Source: Verrucomicrobiota bacterium (GTDB taxonomy: Bacteria; Verrucomicrobiota; Lentisphaeria; Victivallales; UBA1829). From it: DNA of 41,325 nucleotides. Every line of letters begins with the position of its first letter. The stretch's first letter is position 1. The notes below the pieces were generated by a model. That model was not told where the DNA came from, ran no database searches, and was given only the letters and a program-made list of their open reading frames with translations. Below are positions 26,496-35,584 of the stretch, piece after piece. The position numbers and the translations under genes were made by a program. The stretch covers positions 1-41,325 of the forward strand of contig JAKJHH010000001.1 in assembly GCA_022703965.1 (NCBI GenBank). The letters run 5' to 3'.

Positions 26496-27521
26496 TTAAT
26501 ATGCTATGCAAACCGGAGAGCGCAATGATATTTTGATCCTTTCAGCATCGTCATGCAATCCTGTGATTTCTAGACTGTCATCTCCGGCGCAGGCAGTGAT
26601 GATTCTTCCGTCCGAAAGGAATTCACAATCCCAAGGGGTTTTTCCAACAGCTATAAAACCGTCCGGCAAAAGACTCCCGTCTGGATTAATTCTAAAAGCT
26701 GCCAGCGACTCATGACCACGGTTTGAGACCAGAAGAGTTTTGGCGTCTTTAGAAAGGCGCAGTGCAGCGTTTTCAGAATAGCCTGAGTAAGACTCCGGCA
26801 GACTTGAAAACGTCTGAAGATGCTTCAGTTGTCCTTCGGAATACTCGAACGCCGCAAGCTGATTGCTGACCTGATAATTCACATACAAACGCCGTCCGTC
26901 AGGATGATAGACTAGATGCCTCGGTCCGCTTCCGGCTGGAACTCTGAAAACCTTGGCTTCCAGCTCTTCGCAGCCGGACTCCTTATTCAAATAATAGAAA
27001 TAAATACTGTCGTTGCCAAGATCGGACACAGTAAGAAATTTTCCATCAGGACTGATTCTCATGCAATGGGGATGCGCCGAACTTTGGAAACGTTCGTTTA
27101 TGCTGCTTCCATGATGAGATATGAGCCTGCATCGTTCACGGAGAGAACCATCATCATTCAGCTTGAATGCTACAAAATTTCCGCCCAGATAGTTGGCGGC
27201 GTAAATAAAGCCGTCATGCTCCATTATGTGACAAGTCCATTGGCCTCCGCTCGGCAGCGAATTGAGATATCTCAAAGTTCCGTCAGACTCTATCGCAAAC
27301 GATGCAAGTTCACCGTCCCCCGTAAAACGCGTGGATTCCCTGACTGCCGCATAAAGATTCTTCCCGGAAGCCGATACGATGATATACCTAAGCTGCGTTT
27401 GCAGAAATGAGCCTATCATCTTCACGTCTCTTCCGTTTAGCTCAAAAGCATAAATGCCGTCTTCCTCACTTTGTCCGAATGCGGCTGCGTAAAAGATTTC
27501 TCTGTCATTTTCTGTCTTCAT
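26496..27521 (-). CDS. 7-bladed beta-propeller lactonase (6-phosphogluconolactonase Pgl-type family)
   Basis: 341-aa ORF. It has GSGPRHLVYHPDGRRLYV and repeated propeller-blade patterns. Confidence 0.75.
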   Translation of the reverse strand: MKTENDREIFYAAAFGQSEEDGIYAFELNGRDVKMIGSFLQTQLRYIIVSASGKNLYAAVRESTRFTGDGELASFAIESDGTLRYLNSLPSGGQWTCHIMEHDGFIYAANYLGGNFVAFKLNDDGSLRERCRLISHHGSSINERFQSSAHPHCMRISPDGKFLTVSDLGNDSIYFYYLNKESGCEELEAKVFRVPAGSGPRHLVYHPDGRRLYVNYQVSNQLAAFEYSEGQLKHLQTFSSLPESYSGYSENAALRLSKDAKTLLVSNRGHESLAAFRINPDGSLLPDGFIAVGKTPWDCEFLSDGRIITACAGDDSLEITGLHDDAERIKISLRSPVCIAY

Positions 27522-27529
27522 TTTTTACC

Positions 27530-28843
27530 TCAAAAAGTTGAATCAGCCATATTTTCGCCCATCGTTTCTCTGACATTGAATGAGCAATATGCAACGATTC
27601 CGGCCAGAACCATCAATGCTCCGAAAACCGCCAGATAAGATTTTGAGCTGTATACCATAAGCCCATTCTGAAGTTCCGGAGGAAAAATATTCATCAGCAG
27701 TCCGACTGCATTGCCAAGTAATGCCACGACCATATAACAAGTAAAATTCAGGATGCTGACAGAAACTCCCGTGAGCTCCTGAATATTGGTCTCCCTCAGC
27801 AACGGCACCACGATAGAGGATGTACTTGCCGTAAAAGAAAGCATGCAGAGCAGTCCGGCAATCCATGTTGATCTCATGTCAAGAATCAGCATGAGACTGA
27901 TAAGTGAAAACATCAGAATACAGCTTATTCCGGCGATTCTGACGAAAATCCTCCGTCTGTTTCCGCTCATCCGGCTGAGCAAGGCAAAGCCGAGTCCGGA
28001 AAATGCCGAGATAAAGCCCATAAGCGAGAGTATCCATGCCGCGTTTTCCGAGCTCATCGAACAGAAGTCCTCAAGAAACTTCTTGCCTATGACCGTCTGA
28101 ATCACATAATAGAGCCCGAAATTTATGCCGCAGAAAAGGAAAAGATCCCTGTTGTGACGCTTTTTCAATATACTTAGAAAAGGACTGAAACTGAACGGCA
28201 CATACTTGAATTCAGGCATTCTCAAAGTGGATTTAGCCAGAAGGAAAAGCAGATAAAAACTGATGGACAGGACAGCCACCATTATCATAGCATTGCGCCA
28301 TCCATATATGTTGATGTAATAGACAAACGGAGCGTTAGCCATGATTCCCCCCGCATAGCCGATCAGAATCATGACGGAAAGCATTATCATGAAGTTTTTA
28401 TTGAATGAACGCATTATTTCCTTTACAAGACTCAAATAAAGCGAACTCGCCCCCAGTCCGGTCAAAGCCCTGCTTAAATATAGCATGAAAAGACTGTCGG
28501 AAACTGGAAAAATCAATGATCCTATGCAAAAAATCAATGCTCCGAACGCGATTACTCTGGCTCCTCCGTAACGGTCGACGAGCAAGCCGATTCCGAGCTG
28601 GCAGAGCGCATAAATATACATGAACGACGAGCCGAACGCGGTTATGTACGGAGCCGACACATCAAGCTCCTGCTGAAGCAGATTAAAGACAGATCCGGGA
28701 ATGGCGACTCTCTGAATATTCGCGAAAAAATAGAGCGCTGTCCCGCAGATCAGCAAGCTCCACAAACGGTACTTGCGGGGAATCTTTTGAAGATATTCTC
28801 TCATCGTTTTTATCTTTTCATAAAAATGAAAAATGCGGAGCAT
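27530..28843 (-). CDS. MFS transporter
   Basis: 437-aa ORF that is hydrophobic throughout, with about 12 predicted helices by eye. It contains LGIGLLVDRYGGARV. The alternative start M14 is at 28804. Confidence 0.85.
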   Translation of the reverse strand: MLRIFHFYEKIKTMREYLQKIPRKYRLWSLLICGTALYFFANIQRVAIPGSVFNLLQQELDVSAPYITAFGSSFMYIYALCQLGIGLLVDRYGGARVIAFGALIFCIGSLIFPVSDSLFMLYLSRALTGLGASSLYLSLVKEIMRSFNKNFMIMLSVMILIGYAGGIMANAPFVYYINIYGWRNAMIMVAVLSISFYLLFLLAKSTLRMPEFKYVPFSFSPFLSILKKRHNRDLFLFCGINFGLYYVIQTVIGKKFLEDFCSMSSENAAWILSLMGFISAFSGLGFALLSRMSGNRRRIFVRIAGISCILMFSLISLMLILDMRSTWIAGLLCMLSFTASTSSIVVPLLRETNIQELTGVSVSILNFTCYMVVALLGNAVGLLMNIFPPELQNGLMVYSSKSYLAVFGALMVLAGIVAYCSFNVRETMGENMADSTF

Positions 28844-28922
28844 TTTTGTAGGGTACAGGCGTCACGCCTGTCCGCCGAGCGGCGGCAGAGCGATCTCCGT
28901 TCCATTCCCTGCTTTATTAGCC

Positions 28923-29879
28923 TTAGCGTATCTTCAGGACAATTTTGCCTGTATTTTCATTACGCTCAAGAATCGCGTGTGCGGACTCCGCTTCGGAAAT
29001 CGGCAGAATCTTGTAAATGAGCGGCCTGATTTTTCCTTTTTCGATTTCAGGCCAGAGCTTGCTCTCCATTTCACGCAGAATGAAGCCCTTCATTTCATTG
29101 CTTCTGCTTCTGAGTGTGCTACCGATAAGACGAAGTCCCTTTTTAAGTATCGGACGCAAGGCTATATTGGCATGTTCTCCGCCAAGGGTGGCGATGAGAA
29201 TCCAGCGTCCGCCCTGAGCCATTTTCTCAATATGCTTTCCTAGATCTTCTCCTCCGACACAGTCAAGTGTTATGTCTACCGGATTTTCATCCAGAATCTT
29301 GCCGATATCGTCTTTCTTGCGGTTAACAACAATATCTGCGCCGATCTTGCGGACAGCATCGGCCTTCTCGTCGGAACCAACTGTAGTTATGAGCTTGGCT
29401 CCGAAAGCTTTCGCTGTCTGTATGGCCGCTATGCCCAGACCGCTTGCCCCGGCATGAATCAGCACGGTGTCTCCTGCTTTTATGCCCGCTTCGATGCAGA
29501 GATTCAGATATGATGTCGCAAAGACTTCCGGCAAGGCGGCTGCCTCCTCCATTGAAAGTCCTTTCGGAATCGACATCAACATGTCCTGAGGCACGGCAAC
29601 TTTTTGAGCATAGCCACCTCCTCCGAGCAGAGCACAGACTTTGTCGCCTGCTTTCCAGCGTGAATTCTGCGGAGCTTTAAGGACGATTCCGGCAGCTTCA
29701 AGCCCCATCCATTCCGGCCAGCCGAGAGGCGGCGGATATTTTCCAGCTCTCTGAAGCAGATCCGCACGGTTAAGCGCGGTCGCGTGAACTTCTACAAGCA
29801 CTTCTCCTTCTTTGAGCTGAGGATCAGGCACTTCACTCCATATAAGTTTTTTATCTGCATCAACCAGCATTGCGTACAT
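28923..29879 (-). CDS. NAD(P)H:quinone oxidoreductase-type medium-chain dehydrogenase/reductase
   Basis: 318-aa ORF. It has ALNRADLLQRAGKYPPP and IHAGASGLG (a Rossmann motif). Confidence 0.85.
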   Translation of the reverse strand: MYAMLVDADKKLIWSEVPDPQLKEGEVLVEVHATALNRADLLQRAGKYPPPLGWPEWMGLEAAGIVLKAPQNSRWKAGDKVCALLGGGGYAQKVAVPQDMLMSIPKGLSMEEAAALPEVFATSYLNLCIEAGIKAGDTVLIHAGASGLGIAAIQTAKAFGAKLITTVGSDEKADAVRKIGADIVVNRKKDDIGKILDENPVDITLDCVGGEDLGKHIEKMAQGGRWILIATLGGEHANIALRPILKKGLRLIGSTLRSRSNEMKGFILREMESKLWPEIEKGKIRPLIYKILPISEAESAHAILERNENTGKIVLKIR

Positions 29880-29898
29880 TCTCTGATTCTCCTTGATT

Positions 29899-31038
29899 TT
29901 ATTGAATTTCCAATGGATGCCGACGTTCTTTCAAAGGCAACGATACAGGATGTCCCGAAAGATGAGCGGCATATGTTCCAACTATCATTTCAAGTGCTAT
30001 TCTTGCGTCGCGAGAGCCGGATTGAACATTTGAGCCGTCTCTGATTGCACAAAGCAAATCCCAAGCCGCAAAACGGTTGTTTGTTCCGAAGTAAAAGTGA
30101 TCGTAACTTTTCATTCCCAACTCCTCGTAATTGAGCGGCAAGGCATCGGGAATAATCCGGCTTTCCTGCAAGGAAAGCTCTTCAAAAGACGCTTCGTCTT
30201 CAGGAGGCATCGCTGTACCTTTCTTGAATCTCAAAGAGCGTTCACCGCTGTATCTGACGGCTAGGCTTCCTTTTGTTCCGGCCACAACTAAGCCCATATG
30301 AGACGCGTCATTGCGCTCCATCAGGCCGCGACGACTTTCAAAAATCCCGTTAACGCCGTTAGGAAAACGGTAGAACGCCATAATTTCATCCCCTGCGACA
30401 GGCCCGACAGGTTCTTCGGTTTTGAGTCTGTCTTTTGCCGTAATCGGCTTTCCGTTCACGCGGATATCTGCCCATACCTGCTCAGGCGCTCCAAAGAGAT
30501 AGGCTCCAAGATCAAGAATATGCGTCCCAAGCACAATCATATCCTCGCCGCCGCCTCGCGGATCTTCCTTGCCTCGACCATAGAAGGTCAGGACTCTGCC
30601 GATTGCGCCATCCTCGATCATCTTTTTCATTGTCCGGAACACGAGAGCATAGCGTCCGAGATGAGCGATGAGGATTTTAATTTTCTTCGCCTCCGCAAGT
30701 TCAATAAGTTCGTCAGCCTGACGCAAATCGGCAACAAAAGGTTTTTCGCAGAGCACATGGCAGTTCATCGAAATAGCAAGCTTAATCTGCTCATAATGAT
30801 CCTCGGGCAGACGTGAACATAGAATGACGATTTCCGGACGCTCTTTTTCCATCATTTCTTTGTAGTTGCGATAGCGGCGAGAGGCTTCCGTAAGGCGCAT
30901 CCGCTCCTCAATTCCATCATCATTCGAGTCGCAGAGAGCGGCAGTTTCCACCCCCGGGAGCCCTTTGAACGCAAACTGCGTAAAATGACCTCCAAGGCGC
31001 CCTTCTCCTGTTTCATGACATATGCAGATTTTTTTCAT
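29899..31038 (-). CDS. Gfo/Idh/MocA-family oxidoreductase
   Basis: 379-aa ORF. It has an N-terminal Rossmann fold and the HVLCEKPF motif. Confidence 0.85.
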   Translation of the reverse strand: MKKICICHETGEGRLGGHFTQFAFKGLPGVETAALCDSNDDGIEERMRLTEASRRYRNYKEMMEKERPEIVILCSRLPEDHYEQIKLAISMNCHVLCEKPFVADLRQADELIELAEAKKIKILIAHLGRYALVFRTMKKMIEDGAIGRVLTFYGRGKEDPRGGGEDMIVLGTHILDLGAYLFGAPEQVWADIRVNGKPITAKDRLKTEEPVGPVAGDEIMAFYRFPNGVNGIFESRRGLMERNDASHMGLVVAGTKGSLAVRYSGERSLRFKKGTAMPPEDEASFEELSLQESRIIPDALPLNYEELGMKSYDHFYFGTNNRFAAWDLLCAIRDGSNVQSGSRDARIALEMIVGTYAAHLSGHPVSLPLKERRHPLEIQ

Positions 31039-31052
31039 TTATAAACTCCGAT

Positions 31053-31817
31053 TCAAATTTTTCCTGCTTTGGGGCCGAGCGTGCGTCCTCCATCGATCAG
31101 ATGACACTGTCCGGTAACAAACGCCGCCTCATCAGAGGCGAGATAGCAGATAAGATTCGCAATATCATCCGCTGAACTCGGACGTCCGAACACCGTCGAA
31201 TCCCCGAGTTTCTCCATCCCCGGACGAGTCGCTACGGCAGCCGGAGCAACACAGTTGACAGTAATCCCGTTATTTCCGTACATCATCGCAAGGGATTTTG
31301 TAATTGAAATTATAGCTCCTTTCGAGGCTGAATAAACAGGAATTCCAGACGCTCCCGCAGTGCCGCAGATTGAGCTGAGATTGACGATGCGTCCATAGTT
31401 TTTCTCCTTCATTTCAGGAAGAACTTTCTGGATGCACTGAATCGCGCTTCTGAGGTTGACCGCAAACTCCCAGTCTATATCCTTGACAGTCTGCTCCTCG
31501 AAAGAAACAAAACGTCCGAGCGCCATGCAGGAGCCTCCAGCGTTGTTGACCAGAATATCAATATGTCCGCCAAGCTTTTCCTTGGCTTCCTTGAGCATCC
31601 TTTCCGTGTCTGTCGCGTCGCTGAGATCCGCCGCAACGGCTATTGCCTGAAATCCGGCATTCTGAAGCTCATTTGCTAAAGCTGCCGCTCCTGCGGCGTT
31701 TATATCGTTTATAGCGACAAACGCGCCTTCACTCGCAAGCCTTCGGACGACGGCGGCTCCGATTCCTTTGGCAGCTCCAGTGACAAGTGCAGTTCTGTTT
31801 ATAAAACGCTTATTCAT
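31053..31817 (-). CDS. short-chain dehydrogenase/reductase (SDR paralogue A)
   Basis: I moved the start to M45 of the track ORF (ATG 31817-31815), which overlaps the upstream stop as ATGA. Motifs are TGAAKGIG, NNAGGS, YSASK and DGGRTLG. Confidence 0.85.
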   Translation of the reverse strand: MNKRFINRTALVTGAAKGIGAAVVRRLASEGAFVAINDINAAGAAALANELQNAGFQAIAVAADLSDATDTERMLKEAKEKLGGHIDILVNNAGGSCMALGRFVSFEEQTVKDIDWEFAVNLRSAIQCIQKVLPEMKEKNYGRIVNLSSICGTAGASGIPVYSASKGAIISITKSLAMMYGNNGITVNCVAPAAVATRPGMEKLGDSTVFGRPSSADDIANLICYLASDEAAFVTGQCHLIDGGRTLGPKAGKI

Positions 31818-32590
31818 TTTGCCTGACTCCTTGCTGTCGGCCCGAGACTGCGGCCTCCATCCACGATATAATTGCTGCCTGTAATAAACGATGCTTCCTC
31901 CGAGCTCAGAAAAGCGATCATTGAAGCCAGCTCGGAAGGGCGTCCGCAACGTCCGACATATGTTCCTTCGCTCGGAGGCATGAGTTCCGGTTCCTCTCCT
32001 GCCGCGTAACGTGCGATCAGGCCCGGAGAAACGGAATTGACGTTGATGTTATGACCCCCGAGTTCAATCGCCAGCGCTTTTGTGAAGCCTATGATTCCAG
32101 CTTTCGCCGCCGAATAGTCCGAGCGTTGCTCTATACCCACCTCAGCCGCGATTGATGAAATATTGATGATTTTACCGTAATGTTGTTTTATCATCGTCGG
32201 CAGGACAGCCTGGGTACAGCGCATTGTTCCGCCAAGATTTATATCCAGTACCCATTGCCAGATTTCCTCTCTGGCATCCTTGAATTCCGTGAGCTCATTA
32301 CGCAAAGCGGCACTGCCTCCGGCATTGTTGACAAGGATATCAATTCTTCCATATTTTTCGAGAACAGCCGAAACCATTTTCCTTACTGAATCCGTGCTTG
32401 TGACATCGCATTCCAACGCAAAAGCGTTTGCGTTGAATTTCAGTATCTTATCTAGCGTTTTTCGCGCTCCGTCCATACTCAAATCAGTGGCGACGACAAT
32501 TGCGCCTTCTTCCGCAAGGCGCAGACAGATTGCTCCGCCTATTGCGCCTCCTGCTCCAGTTACAATCGCTATTTTACCTTCGAGATTCAT
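31814..32590 (-). CDS. short-chain dehydrogenase/reductase (SDR paralogue B)
   Basis: 258-aa ORF. Motifs are TGAGGAIG, NNAGGS, YSAAK and DGGRSLG. Confidence 0.9.
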   Translation of the reverse strand: MNLEGKIAIVTGAGGAIGGAICLRLAEEGAIVVATDLSMDGARKTLDKILKFNANAFALECDVTSTDSVRKMVSAVLEKYGRIDILVNNAGGSAALRNELTEFKDAREEIWQWVLDINLGGTMRCTQAVLPTMIKQHYGKIINISSIAAEVGIEQRSDYSAAKAGIIGFTKALAIELGGHNINVNSVSPGLIARYAAGEEPELMPPSEGTYVGRCGRPSELASMIAFLSSEEASFITGSNYIVDGGRSLGPTARSQAK

Positions 32591-32607
32591 AATCTGTTTT
32601 TCCTGTT

Positions 32608-33363
32608 TCAGTAATCGCCTTTGAGTCCCAGACTGCGTCCGCCGTCCACAGCAAGATCCTGTCCTGTGATAAAATCCGATTCCGGCAGGGCGAGGAAGAG
32701 TACCGCTCTTGCTATATCATCCTGAGTGCAGATTCTGTTTACACATGAATACCTTTGAGCAAAAGCTTTTTCATCCTCAATTGCCTCACGGGAAACGAGT
32801 CCTGGGGATACGCAGTTGACATTGATGTTAAATTCCCCCAGCTCAAGAGCAAGTGATTTTGTTGCCGCTATAAGCGCCCCTTTAGCCGCTCCATATTCCA
32901 CACAGGCTTTTTTGCCTCCTCTTGCGACAATTGAACTCACGTTTATTATCGAACCGCGTCCTGATTCAATGATGAAAGGCGAGCTTGCTCTGATGCAGTG
33001 CAAGGCTCCGTAAAGATTGATGTCTATCATATCATGAATGACCTCAAGGGACTGCTTGTGAAATTCCGCCATCTTTGAACGTGCACTGCCTCCAGCACAA
33101 TTGACGAGTATATTTACGTTGCCAAGCTTTCCTTTCACCTCGGCGACGGCCTTTTCAACTTCGCTGTAAATCCTGATATCAAGCACAAAGGGAAGAGCTT
33201 CTCCGCCCTTTTGCTTTATCTCCTCCGCGACTTTTTCCGCCGATTCCATGCTGATGTCGAAGACGGCTATTTTTGCTCCTTCTCCGGAGAGTTTCAGACA
33301 TATTGCGCGTCCGATGGCTCCTCCGCCACCTGTGACAATCGCCACTCTGTTTTCCAGTTGCAT
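32608..33363 (-). CDS. short-chain dehydrogenase/reductase (SDR paralogue C)
   Basis: I moved the start to M34 (ATG 33363-33361), 16 nt after the upstream stop. Motifs are TGGGGAIG, NCAGGS, YGAAK and DGGRSLG. Confidence 0.85.
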   Translation of the reverse strand: MQLENRVAIVTGGGGAIGRAICLKLSGEGAKIAVFDISMESAEKVAEEIKQKGGEALPFVLDIRIYSEVEKAVAEVKGKLGNVNILVNCAGGSARSKMAEFHKQSLEVIHDMIDINLYGALHCIRASSPFIIESGRGSIINVSSIVARGGKKACVEYGAAKGALIAATKSLALELGEFNINVNCVSPGLVSREAIEDEKAFAQRYSCVNRICTQDDIARAVLFLALPESDFITGQDLAVDGGRSLGLKGDY

Positions 33364-33379
33364 ATCAAAAAATCCTTTC

Positions 33380-34396
33380 TTAAAGATTGTATCCCGAGGC
33401 AGCAAGCAAGGCTTCCTGAACCAGCAGTTCATGCTGATAGTTAAAGGGATTTTCCTTTTCACCGCGAACTATTTCCGCAAACTCTCTGAGTTGAGCGGCG
33501 TAACGGTCTCCCATCGTTCCGCAGTCTACCTTATGAGTTCCAGCCTTGTACGCCCCTGCATCCTGCTTCAGCGTGAGCCTTGCGTAAAGTGGGTCGCTAT
33601 AGTAGCGGTCGGAGGGCGTTTCAATCGGACATATTTCCACTGTTCCCAGTGTACCGCAGACTATCAGACGTCTGTGCTTCATACCGTCGATTTCTTCAAC
33701 TGAAACTCTTATAGTCGCTGTTGCGTGTTCATATTCCATGACAGCGAGTCCATTGTCGATGAGCGCATCATTGCGGGTCTTTTTGAGGAATGGACTTATT
33801 TTGTCCGGCCTTCCCATCATACTTATCACGATGTCGATGAGGTAGCCCGCGAAAATGTACATCGCGCCGCCTTTGAATTTACTCAGCCATGCTCTGTATT
33901 CGGCGTTGTCACCGTCATAACGGCTCATCACCGCATGAATCTCAAATACATTGCCGAGCCATCCCGATTTCACTGCATTGATCGCAAAACGCAGCGCCGG
34001 ATTATAGCGGTACGCATAGGCAAGCTGAAGCGCGAGTTTCTTTTTTTCGCAGAGTTCCAGCAGTTTTTTGAATTCGGAAAGAGATTCTCCTCCAGGCTTG
34101 TCGAGGTGTATATGCAGATTATGCTCGGCGCATTTCAGTGCTGTCGGGATAAGGTCAAAGCCGTCTTTTTCAACCGCCACGGCATCGAGTCCGGGACTAT
34201 TGAGGATTTCCTCCTCACTCATCCATTTCAGTCCTTCGTAGCACTTGAGTCCGCTTCTTTTTTTCATCCATTCAGGATCGCTTTCGGAGACCCCGACAAT
34301 CTCGAAGATATTTTCAAGCTTGCGCAACGATTCCATATTGCCCTGAGCGTGGTTGTGTCCTATTCCGATCTGAGCTATTTTTATGCGTTTTGTCAT
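33380..34396 (-). CDS. Gfo/Idh/MocA-family oxidoreductase
   Basis: I moved the start to M24 (ATG 34396-34394), 4 nt after the upstream stop. Motifs are IAQIGIGHNH and HIHLDKPG. Confidence 0.85.
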   Translation of the reverse strand: MTKRIKIAQIGIGHNHAQGNMESLRKLENIFEIVGVSESDPEWMKKRSGLKCYEGLKWMSEEEILNSPGLDAVAVEKDGFDLIPTALKCAEHNLHIHLDKPGGESLSEFKKLLELCEKKKLALQLAYAYRYNPALRFAINAVKSGWLGNVFEIHAVMSRYDGDNAEYRAWLSKFKGGAMYIFAGYLIDIVISMMGRPDKISPFLKKTRNDALIDNGLAVMEYEHATATIRVSVEEIDGMKHRRLIVCGTLGTVEICPIETPSDRYYSDPLYARLTLKQDAGAYKAGTHKVDCGTMGDRYAAQLREFAEIVRGEKENPFNYQHELLVQEALLAASGYNL

Positions 34397-34400
34397 TTTG

Positions 34401-35402
34401 TTAATCCTTCTTCCATTTAAAAACGAGTCCAGGTGCATCGTTTTTCCCCTCAAGAAGCCTTGCATAAACTGCTTCGGCGTTTTCGGGATTCAGATATTCT
34501 GAAATCATCGAACGAACATTAAGACGCTTATGTGAAATCATTGAGAGCAGACAAGTTACATCATCGCGCATTGTCCAGTGTCCATGCGAAGACTCCTGTT
34601 TCGGACGTACAAAGTTATGCGCTCCGATAATTGAAACTCCGGGCTTGTGGACATCAGTATAGAAGTTGATCCCGTCCGTTATGCTTCTTGCGCAGCCAAG
34701 GAGAATGATTCTTCCTCTCCACGCTACATGTTTGAGAGCCTGATTCAGAGCTTCGCTCCTGCCTGTAACTTCTATAATCGCATCGACACCTTTTCCGCGT
34801 GTTATCTCTTTCAGTTTCTCTTCAAAATTTTCATCCTTCGGCGAAAGCGCATAGTCGGCTCCGAGCTTTTTCGCAAGCTCAAGACGGGACGCTGAGATAT
34901 CACTTGCGATAACTGGAAGTCCCCCCTGAAAACGGGCAAGCTGTGTTCCGAAGAGTCCAAGCAAGCCTTGTCCCATCACCATTACCGACTCGCCCAGCTC
35001 AATATTTGCCTTGCGAATCCCCTGAAGCGTCATTGCCGCGATGATCGTGAATGCCGCCTCCTCAGCAGGAATATCAGGATCGTGAATTTTCGTAAGCTGT
35101 GATTCATGCACGATTCCGTGACTTGAGTGATTCAGATGATATGCAACGACTCTGTCGCCTTCCTTGAAATCCTTTACGCCGGAGCCGATTGCGAGAACGC
35201 GTCCTGCCGCGCTGTATCCTGGATATTGCGGAAATTTCGCTATTGTGTTTTCCTTGCCCTGAAACCAGGCAAGCTCCGTTCCCTGGCTTATGACGCTGTA
35301 TTCCACTTCGATCAGGACTTGTCCTTCCTTAGGATCACTTATTTCAAATTCTTCCAGCTCTGCCTTGCAGGCTGATTTCCAAACAATGCGTTTTGCTTTC
35401 AT
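34401..35402 (-). CDS. medium-chain (zinc-type) alcohol/polyol dehydrogenase family protein
   Basis: 333-aa ORF. It has a GroES-like N-domain (GQVLIEVEYSVISQGTE) and the Rossmann motif VMGQGLLG. Confidence 0.8.
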   Translation of the reverse strand: MKAKRIVWKSACKAELEEFEISDPKEGQVLIEVEYSVISQGTELAWFQGKENTIAKFPQYPGYSAAGRVLAIGSGVKDFKEGDRVVAYHLNHSSHGIVHESQLTKIHDPDIPAEEAAFTIIAAMTLQGIRKANIELGESVMVMGQGLLGLFGTQLARFQGGLPVIASDISASRLELAKKLGADYALSPKDENFEEKLKEITRGKGVDAIIEVTGRSEALNQALKHVAWRGRIILLGCARSITDGINFYTDVHKPGVSIIGAHNFVRPKQESSHGHWTMRDDVTCLLSMISHKRLNVRSMISEYLNPENAEAVYARLLEGKNDAPGLVFKWKKD

Positions 35403-35437
35403 GATTCATTGCCTTTGCAGGTTTTTTGTCTGGATAA

Positions 35438-35466
35438 ATTATATGACTCTTTTCTCTTGCGGACAA
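35438..35466 (-). promoter_or_regulatory. candidate promoter of the ten-gene oxidoreductase operon
   Basis: On the minus strand, TTGTCC (35466-35461) is followed by a 17-nt spacer and TATAAT (35443-35438). This is about 35 nt upstream of the start at 35402. Confidence 0.45.
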
Positions 35467-35584
35467 TACCCTTCTCTGCTCATCTTATGTAAAAAAATCT
35501 GTAAATAAATAATATTATCAATAATTATCTAATATTATTGAAAATGAATCAACATCTAGACTTTTTCCTGCGTCAAAAATGAGC

